A DNA stretch of 36,515 bases, taken from a virus. Its lineage: Duplodnaviria; Caudoviricetes. The stretch is taken from positions 1 to 36,515 of the IMG/VR virus record IMGVR_UViG_3300020045_003217; one strand, given 5' to 3'. A model generated the notes under the pieces. The model searched no databases and was not told the DNA's origin. It was given only the letters and a program-made list of their open reading frames with translations. The translations under genes and the position numbers were made by a program. The stretch's first letter is position 1; the number at the start of each line of letters is the position of its first letter. Of the stretch, positions 28,724 to 35,487 are shown one piece after another.

Positions 28724-28998
28724 TGGCTAATTCTAAATTTAAAATAGGCGATAGAGTAAGACCTATACCAGGAAAAAAACAAAGTAATAATAAAACTTTG
28801 AAAGATTTAGAAGAACTGATTATAACAGATCCTTTTTTCTATGGTGGTTATAAAAAAATGATTAGAGCTAAAATTATACATGGATCTTCTGAAGACAATA
28901 TGAGATATGATAGTTATCGTGTAAATCAACAAATAGAATTATTCGAAGATTGTCTTGAATTAATTGAACCAGAAGAAGAAGATTACGAAATCTATTAA
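28723..28998 (+). CDS. Small KOW/SH3-like protein
   Basis: KFKIGDRVR ... EDCLELI; ends YEIY. Confidence 0.55.
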   Translation: MANSKFKIGDRVRPIPGKKQSNNKTLKDLEELIITDPFFYGGYKKMIRAKIIHGSSEDNMRYDSYRVNQQIELFEDCLELIEPEEEDYEIY

Positions 28999-29003
28999 AT
29001 TAA

Positions 29004-29097
29004 AAACTCTCATCCAATTGCAGGATAAACATTCAATGTAATACCGTATGGACAAGGGTTATATTCAGTATGTCAAGGTGCAACCTTGTGAGAGTTT
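29004..29097 (+). ncRNA. tRNA-like cloverleaf element
   Basis: AAACTCTCA/TGAGAGTTT closing stem, TCC/GGA hairpin, long middle arm, CAAGG-TGCAA-CCTTG T-like arm. Confidence 0.4.
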
Positions 29098-29243
29098 AAT
29101 AATACTAATCCTAGAATCTGAGAAATTATCAAGAACCTCATAAATGTAGAAGTACTGATTCTAGGTAAAATATAAATCACTTGCTTGAAAATATTTCTGT
29201 TAAAATATTAGGATATGTCAATTATTTTTCGTATATTTGTATT

Positions 29244-29939
29244 ATGGAAAAAGTATATATTTATTGTCTTAAAGACACAGAAGAAAACATTCGATATATT
29301 GGTAAAACAACTAATATTAAACGAAGATTATATTCTCATATTGCAGAAGCAACGAGAAGTAAAACAAATAGATATGTTCATAATTGGATTAAAAGTTTAT
29401 TAAAAAATAAACAAAAACCAATTATTGAAATAATAGAAATTTGTAATGAAAGTAATTGGATTGAAAAAGAACAATATTGGATTAAATATTATAGAAATAT
29501 AATATCAAATCTTTGCAATAGTTGTGATGGTGGAACTGGTGGGATGACTAGAGATAATCTATCAAAAGAACAGTTATTAAAAAAGAAAAAAATAATGTCT
29601 AATACATTTTCAAAATTTACTAATAAAGATAAAGAAATAATATGGAATATGATTCAAGATAATAAAACTCAATTAGAAATAATGGAGAAATATCCTGAAT
29701 ATACAAGACATATTGATTTTGGAGTTAGAAATGGTAGACAATGGAAAACTATAACTAATTTAGATTATATAAATAAAAATTTAAAAAGAAAAGGTTATAC
29801 TTGTAGAAATGGATTATATATGATTCGTAGAAAAATAAACGAAAAATATAGCGTTGTATTTTCTTCAAGAAGTGAAAAAGAAATAATCACTTGGCTCGAA
29901 GATGAACAGCATATTGGGAATGGTCGGCTAAATATGTGA
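29244..29939 (+). CDS. GIY-YIG homing endonuclease (free-standing)
   Basis: VYIYCL ... RYIGKT.N..RRL.SH ... EQYWI ... LCN..DGG; likely start ATG 29244, 4 nt after TATATTTG (29232-29239). Confidence 0.85.
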   Translation: MEKVYIYCLKDTEENIRYIGKTTNIKRRLYSHIAEATRSKTNRYVHNWIKSLLKNKQKPIIEIIEICNESNWIEKEQYWIKYYRNIISNLCNSCDGGTGGMTRDNLSKEQLLKKKKIMSNTFSKFTNKDKEIIWNMIQDNKTQLEIMEKYPEYTRHIDFGVRNGRQWKTITNLDYINKNLKRKGYTCRNGLYMIRRKINEKYSVVFSSRSEKEIITWLEDEQHIGNGRLNM

Positions 29940-30086
29940 AACTGTACTAGCAGTTGTGTTTATTGTAAAGATATATATGCATTAGAGATTATTTGCATCG
30001 ACTGAAAGTGTACAGATTAGGAACTGTATTTATATTCCACCTAGATATGGACAAGTGATTTTTTTAATAATATAATATAAAACAAA

Positions 30087-30902
30087 ATGAAAACATTCAA
30101 AACAGTATCGTTTCATATCATTAAACCATGTAATATGAAATGTAAGTTTTGTTATGCTACATTTAATGATATTGAAATACAAAAACAATTAACATTTGAA
30201 GAATCTTGTGAAATTATATATAAATTATATAAAGCTGGGGTTAAGAAAATCACATTTGCAGGAGGTGAACCAATGTTATATAAACATTTAGATAGATGTA
30301 TTAAATATGCTAAATTATTGGGTTTAACAACATCTATTATAACCAATGGTTCTTTAATATCATTTAACTGGTTAGTTAGTATGAAAGAACATTTAGATTG
30401 GATAGGATTATCTATTGATAGTTTAAATTATGAAACTAATAAAAAAATAGGTAGAATTGGACGAGATAGATTACATTATAACACATTAATTAAACAAATT
30501 AATCACTTAGGTTATAAATTAAAAATTAATACTGTTGTAAATATTCATAATCAAAACGAAATAATATCTGATTTTATAGCACAATCAAAAGCCACAAGAT
30601 GGAAAGTATTTGATACTTTAAAAGTTGAAGGACAAAATGATAAACAATTTAATAGTATTAAATCTACTAATTATAATCAGTTTATTAAGAATAATCAACA
30701 CCCATCAATGGTAATTGAAACAAATGATTTAATGACTGGTTCATATTTATTAATAGATCCTTTAGGTAGGTTGTTTGAAAATACACAAGGAAAACATACT
30801 TATTCTAAATCATTAATAAATAATAATATTGAAGATTGTTTACAAGAAATAAATTTAAATAGAAATATGTTTATTAAAAGAGGTGGAATATATAATTGGT
30901 AA
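30087..30902 (+). CDS. Viperin-family radical SAM enzyme (ddhNTP synthase-like)
   Basis: FH...CNMKCKFCY (CxxxCxxC), KITFAGGEP, SIITNGS, LDWIGLSIDS, KINTVV, RWKVF..L..EGQN, MTGSYLLIDP.GR, C-terminal FIKRGGIYNW. Confidence 0.9.
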   Translation: MKTFKTVSFHIIKPCNMKCKFCYATFNDIEIQKQLTFEESCEIIYKLYKAGVKKITFAGGEPMLYKHLDRCIKYAKLLGLTTSIITNGSLISFNWLVSMKEHLDWIGLSIDSLNYETNKKIGRIGRDRLHYNTLIKQINHLGYKLKINTVVNIHNQNEIISDFIAQSKATRWKVFDTLKVEGQNDKQFNSIKSTNYNQFIKNNQHPSMVIETNDLMTGSYLLIDPLGRLFENTQGKHTYSKSLINNNIEDCLQEINLNRNMFIKRGGIYNW

Positions 30903-31189
30903 ATAAAAACAAATGAAAGATAAATTAGAAAAATTTATAACTTCTTCTGAAGAAATAAAAGATCCAAATAAAGTATTTACATTAATAATAATACTTGTTA
31001 GTATTATAGTATTTAGTATACTATATTATGTTAAAATAAATAATTAAATATATTATGAGTATAGATTTGAAATAATCTATTAAACCTTTGAAATCAAGTG
31101 TTATCAGTTGATTAGTAAATCTTATAATATTGTGAAATTCAAAACTTATATATCTATGAAAAATAGTTGTATATATAAATCGTATAGTC

Positions 31190-31338
31190 GATTAAAAAAC
31201 TTAATAACTTCACAAGATATTGAGTGCACCAGTTTCTTTTTAAGCTATAAATTCATAATAAAGGATAAACCTTTTGAGTAGAATTGGTAGAAATAGATAT
31301 AAAGTTTTAGGTGTAAAATACAAACAAATTAATTAATC
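31190..31338 (+). ncRNA. Twister-like ribozyme candidate (permuted, lacking P4)
   Basis: CACC/GGTG P1, TAA loop, AATA/TATT P2, CAC-AAG and GA-GTG pseudoknot partners. Confidence 0.35.
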
Positions 31339-31353
31339 TTAAAAACAAATGAT

Positions 31354-32031
31354 ATGAATCAGTTTAAAAGAGCTCAGGTAATATTATTACCTACAAAAAA
31401 TAAAAGTAAATTAGTACTAACTTCAACTCCTATATTAACATTAGTTAATAATGAAGCAATTTATGATTTATCTGAAATTAAATCTCAACATTTATGTATT
31501 ATTTCAGATGATAAAATAAAAGAAGGTGATTGGAAAATTTGTTTAAATGATAATAGTATTTCTCAATATATGTCTAAATCTTGTATTGAAAGTGATACAT
31601 TATGTAAAGATTGTAAAAAAATCATAGCTACAACAGATACTTCATTGTTTACATTAGCTGATTGTCCTGTTAGAGGAGCTGCATCTAATATTAAATATAT
31701 ATTACCTCAACCATCACAACAATTCATTGAAAAATATGTTGAATCTTATAATAAAGGTGAAGTTATTATTGATGTATTAGTTGAATATGAAGAAACATAT
31801 GATGTAAGAAATTACCATGAGAATTTTAACTATAACATTGTTTCTTTAAGACAAGAAAAAATAAATTTTAAATACAATCTTAAAGTAAATTCTAAAGACA
31901 ATACTATTACAATTAAAAAATTAAAAGATAGTTGGAATAGACAAGAAGTGGTTGAATTAATAAAGAAATTTAACAGAGATATTGCTGGATTATATTCTAA
32001 AGATGATAAATGGATTAAAGAAAATTTATAA
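31354..32031 (+). CDS. Hypothetical phage protein
   Basis: 225 aa; QHL.IISDD.IKEGDW, CKKIIATTD, LPQPSQQFIEKYV. Confidence 0.7.
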   Translation: MNQFKRAQVILLPTKNKSKLVLTSTPILTLVNNEAIYDLSEIKSQHLCIISDDKIKEGDWKICLNDNSISQYMSKSCIESDTLCKDCKKIIATTDTSLFTLADCPVRGAASNIKYILPQPSQQFIEKYVESYNKGEVIIDVLVEYEETYDVRNYHENFNYNIVSLRQEKINFKYNLKVNSKDNTITIKKLKDSWNRQEVVELIKKFNRDIAGLYSKDDKWIKENL

Positions 32032-32432
32032 AATAAACCACACATAGAAAGACAAACAAGTAATCAGAATATGTCAATACAAGAAGTGATAATTCTATTA
32101 CAACACTACAAGAAGTGTTATGTTTGTTGAGTATGATAAATTTAGAATTTGCAAGTAGTATTCTTGGGAGTATTTTAATTAAGATTCGAGAGGGTTTTAG
32201 ATTGTAGCAGAGAGAACTCTAAGTTTATCCCTATCTTGAAGGATGTGTGGTTTTATAATAAAATAAATAAGTATGTGGTGGATTCTAATAATTTTATGTG
32301 TAGTATCAATTCATATTCCACATAACAGTAAAAAATATAATCTTAGTTGGCATACAAGATGGTTGTTAACAATAACTTTTTTATATTCATTATATCTAAT
32401 TGTATTTTAAAATAAAAAGGTTAAACATTGAA

Positions 32433-32440
32433 TACCTTTG
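32433..32440 (+). promoter_or_regulatory. Bacteroidota -7 promoter box
   Basis: TACCTTTG immediately before the structured RNA that encloses the HNH gene. Confidence 0.5.
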
Positions 32441-32551
32441 TACTTACATACTCACACTGTGTTGAAGTAAGACATAAAGATACTATCAGTAATGGTAGGT
32501 GGTTAAAGGTTATCCATAATTTATAAAACCTTTATTTTTAAAATTAATATT

Positions 32552-32950
32552 ATGGAAGAAAATTGGAAAGATATCCCTAATTATAAAGGACTATATGAAA
32601 TAAGTGATTTAGGGAACGTAAAATCCATATACTCTAATAAAGTATTAAAACCATCAGCTGATAGATATGGATATGTTAGGTTTTCTGCAACTAAAAATAA
32701 AAAACAAAAAACATTAAGAATACATAGATTAGTTGCTGATTTATTTATATCAAATCCAAAGAATTTACCACAAGTAAATCATATAGATGGTAATAAAGAA
32801 AATTGTGCTAAATCAAATCTTGAATGGTGCACAGATTCTAATAACAAACTGCATGCTTATGCTAATGGTTTAATGGTTGGAGGTAATAAGTATTCAAAAA
32901 CAAGGCAAGATTTACCAAGATATAAGTTGAAATCTACCAACTTTAATTAG
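32552..32950 (+). CDS. NUMOD4-HNH homing endonuclease
   Basis: EENWKDIPNYKGLYEISDLGNVKS (NUMOD4); IHRLVA..F...VNHIDGNKEN...NLEWCT..N..H (HNH). Confidence 0.9.
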   Translation: MEENWKDIPNYKGLYEISDLGNVKSIYSNKVLKPSADRYGYVRFSATKNKKQKTLRIHRLVADLFISNPKNLPQVNHIDGNKENCAKSNLEWCTDSNNKLHAYANGLMVGGNKYSKTRQDLPRYKLKSTNFN

Positions 32951-33235
32951 AAGATTACAGTAATGTAATCCATAGATGGGAATGTATGAGATATGTCCCT
33001 ATACACTATGAGAAGTTCTCAGCAAGTAGTTTGCGGTATAAATTTATATGAGCTAGGTGAAATACCTATTACTAACTACGTGACCCTACTCTTATTAACA
33101 CATTGGTTTTAAAATATCGTTGTGCTATGATAAGAAAGAGGGTGCTAAATTAAATACTAAAATATTATGAAATAGTCAATAACCTTTCTAATACTTTTAT
33201 AAAAGTATATTTTATTAATTTTAAAACTAAATATT

Positions 33236-33367
33236 ATGTCAAGAAGTAAATATTCTTATGTTCAAAAAAATAAAACGATTAAATATTCTAAAGGAGGATA
33301 TAAATTTAATCGTAATGGTGTACCATTAGATAAAAATGGTCAAAATGTTATGAAAAATACATTATAA
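33236..33367 (+). CDS. Small basic protein, 43 aa (not in ORF track)
   Basis: MSRSKYSYVQKNKTIKYSKGGYKFNRNGVPLDKNGQNVMKNTL*; AT-rich leader. Confidence 0.45.
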   Translation: MSRSKYSYVQKNKTIKYSKGGYKFNRNGVPLDKNGQNVMKNTL

Positions 33368-33375
33368 CTGTATAA

Positions 33376-33615
33376 ATGTATACTGTGATTAATGGTAAAT
33401 GGAGTCATCTGAATGGTGAAACATTAAATCCAGTTGATATAACTCAATTATCAATTAAAATAGATAATATGAAACCTATTGCTAAAATTACACATCGTGA
33501 TAAATTAACATCAATTTTTCATATTATTAATAATAATTCTAAAACAGTAGAATTATGTTCTAAACTTTTTAATCAATCAGATAGTACTATTGCTATCATA
33601 AACAAAAAACTATGA
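33376..33615 (+). CDS. Hypothetical protein
   Basis: 79 aa; ATGA overlap with the next ORF. Confidence 0.55.
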   Translation: MYTVINGKWSHLNGETLNPVDITQLSIKIDNMKPIAKITHRDKLTSIFHIINNNSKTVELCSKLFNQSDSTIAIINKKL

Positions 33616-33884
33616 CAGTAAATAAAATAGGATATAACATACCTAGTACATTCCAAATGATTAAGGTTATCAATAATGATTCACCAAGAATGTTAAAAGT
33701 ACATCGAGATGAATTTAATAGAATAAGTAAAAAAGATGGTAAGCAATTATCAAAACCATACATGGACTATGTTCAAATGTTATATATTAAATATATTTTG
33801 AATAAAAAACAAATTTTTCCAAATATTGTAATCCAAGCACAACATATTGGTATGAAAATGTTAAATAACACAGCACTGACATAG
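33612..33884 (+). CDS. Hypothetical protein
   Basis: 90 aa. Confidence 0.55.
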   Translation: MTVNKIGYNIPSTFQMIKVINNDSPRMLKVHRDEFNRISKKDGKQLSKPYMDYVQMLYIKYILNKKQIFPNIVIQAQHIGMKMLNNTALT

Positions 33885-33938
33885 ACAAAAGTCTTTGAAG
33901 AAGCGCAACATATAATAAGTCTTAGTTTGTTGCAAAAT

Positions 33939-33970
33939 AAACCACTAGGTTATAATAGTCTAGTGGTTTT
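33939..33970 (+). terminator. Terminator-like hairpin
   Basis: AAACCACTAG ... CTAGTGGTTTT. Confidence 0.6.
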
Positions 33971-33989
33971 ATAATAAAATAATAATATT

Positions 33990-34124
33990 ATGAAAAAGAA
34001 AATTAAATATAAATATATAAATTCTTTAATTTATAAATTACAAACTGAAAAAGATTCAGAAGATGGTATTACAAAAAATGGTGAAAATCTTCTAAAAGAA
34101 TTAATTGAAGTTACTTCAAAATAA
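33990..34124 (+). CDS. Small protein, 44 aa, just upstream of tmRNA (not in ORF track)
   Basis: MKKKIKYKYINSLIYKLQTEKDSEDGITKNGENLLKELIEVTSK*. Confidence 0.4.
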   Translation: MKKKIKYKYINSLIYKLQTEKDSEDGITKNGENLLKELIEVTSK

Positions 34125-34230
34125 ATATAACGGGGATGACTGGAATTGACTCTTTGTTACTAATTATATAATTCAGCCAGAGATAACTGTAAACATAGGT
34201 GAAAGTTACTTAAATGTAACAAATTTAAAT

Positions 34231-34344
34231 GGAAAAGATCAAGTATTAGCAAATATGCAAGTAGTTCATAACATCTTAAATGGTAGTGATACTGTTATAG
34301 GTGGTAAAACTTCAGTTAAAACAGAAATGTTAATTGCCGCATAA
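34231..34344 (+). other. tmRNA tag reading frame
   Basis: TTAAAT|GGA resume context; GKDQVLANMQVVHNILNGSDTVIGGKTSVKTEMLIAA*; second in-frame TTAAAT|GGT at 34282. Confidence 0.7.
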
Positions 34345-34691
34345 ATTTAAATAGTTAGTAGTAATACTAACAAATTCAAGCTATAGAATAATTTAGCATT
34401 ACTCCACATTTAATAGAATTTAAGGGAGGTTAAAGATTAAATTCTATAATAAGCTGTATAAAATTATATAACGAATGCAAGGAACACGAGGGTTTGATTT
34501 GGACCCATAGTATAGGAATATACTATTAAAAATTGGAAGAATTGTCTGGAACGCTAAGTTACATCTACGAGAGTAATATGCCAATCAGCAGCCGAGCCTT
34601 ATGGAAGTATAAGGAAGGTTCAACGACTAAGGACACTACGGTGAGCCTACAGCCTCCAACATCTAGAACAGATGATGATATAGTCTAATCT

Positions 34692-35111
34692 CTATTGAAA
34701 AATAGAGCAGAAAAATAGTCTTTCATAAGCTAATTTTCTATTAATTTCAGATAAAGAATATTTACCATTTTTAGAAGTTACAATATTATGATATTTTAAA
34801 ATAGTATTAATTCGATGTAATTTCATTGGATGAATAGATTTTAGTAATTTACATAATTGTAAACATTTTTGATTACTATTAATTGATAATGCATAACCAA
34901 TTGAATGATTTAATTGTTTAGCTGGTTTAGTAGATATTGATAAATTTAAATTATAATTATCTAACAAATACTTTTGTATATCTAATAAGATATTTAATTT
35001 TGTATTTGTAAAATCAATTTTAATTGTTCGATATTTATCATTTTTACTATTTTTACTCATTGTAATTGATCCATCAGCATCAAAAAATCCAGAAATGTAA
35101 TCTAAAGTCAT
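34692..35111 (-). CDS. Single-motif LAGLIDADG homing endonuclease, antisense within the intron
   Basis: N-terminal YISGFFDADGSI; F.NT...LL.DI..YL; 139 aa; stop codon lies in the P9 helix. Confidence 0.9.
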   Translation of the reverse strand: MTLDYISGFFDADGSITMSKNSKNDKYRTIKIDFTNTKLNILLDIQKYLLDNYNLNLSISTKPAKQLNHSIGYALSINSNQKCLQLCKLLKSIHPMKLHRINTILKYHNIVTSKNGKYSLSEINRKLAYERLFFCSIFQ

Positions 35112-35157
35112 AATTTATATTTTATATATTAGTAATGGGGTTAATATAACCCATATG

Positions 35158-35165
35158 CAAATATA
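35158..35165 (-). promoter_or_regulatory. Intron-internal promoter for the LAGLIDADG gene
   Basis: TATATTTG on the minus strand 46 nt upstream of ATG 35111, with TTG about 20 nt further upstream. Confidence 0.65.
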
Positions 35166-35388
35166 CGACATTTAAATTTAAAAAACAAGTAAAATTCAAT
35201 TTATTTTATAATATTTTATATTATATGAAATTAAAACATTGCGAATCCCTCCATCTCCACAGTGATACTTGATCTAACACTAAGAGAGTATCGTGTTTAT
35301 GGATGTAGTTAGCATCACGATAAACCCTGTAACAGCTCAATGTTACCAGTTAGAGTAGGATGACTAGTATGTGAAGCTCTAACAAAAT

Positions 35389-35459
35389 GTCTTTATAGCT
35401 CAGGGGTAGAGCACTTGATGCTAATCAAGGGGTCGACAGTTCGAGTCTGTCTAAAGTCC
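35389..35459 (+). tRNA. Atypical tRNA / pseudo-tRNA (6-nt anticodon loop TGCTAA; identity unresolved)
   Basis: D-arm GCTC/GAGC, anticodon stem CTTGA/TCAAG, T-arm GACAG-TTCGAGT-CTGTC, acceptor GTCTTTA/TAAAGTC with a U-U mismatch. Confidence 0.7.
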
Positions 35460-35487
35460 TAAAAATTAATAATTTTAAATAAATACT

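Larger units (their letters stand above)
34495..35241 (+). mobile_element. Group I intron (IA-type, extra helix between P7 and P3') in the tmRNA T-loop
   Basis: P1 GGGTT/GACCC with U-G at the 5' splice site; P10 GATTTG/CGAATC; Q AATCAGCAG; R GTTCAACGACTA; S ATGATATAGTC; P3 TTGGA/TCCAA; P8; P9 with GAAA loop; terminal G 35241. Confidence 0.92.
34132..35259 (+). ncRNA. ssrA: tmRNA, interrupted by a group I intron (exons 34132-34494 and 35242-35259)
   Basis: 5' GGGGATGACTGGAATTGAC; acceptor stem GGGGATG/CATCTCC with G3-U70 and discriminator A; spliced T-arm GAGGG-TTCGAAT-CCCTC; tag ORF ending LIAA-stop. Confidence 0.93.

Noticed and set aside
29885-30020. Hammerhead ribozyme (GATGA...GAAAC)
   Set aside because: Core reads AAGAUGA rather than CUGAUGA, and no UH follows stem III
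32078-32120. Mini-CRISPR array
   Set aside because: Only two 11-nt repeats 29 nt apart; no cas genes
32440-33150. Group I or II intron around the HNH gene (and likewise around the GIY-YIG gene)
   Set aside because: No P7 GACUA/UAGUC pair, no domain V, and no interrupted host gene identifiable
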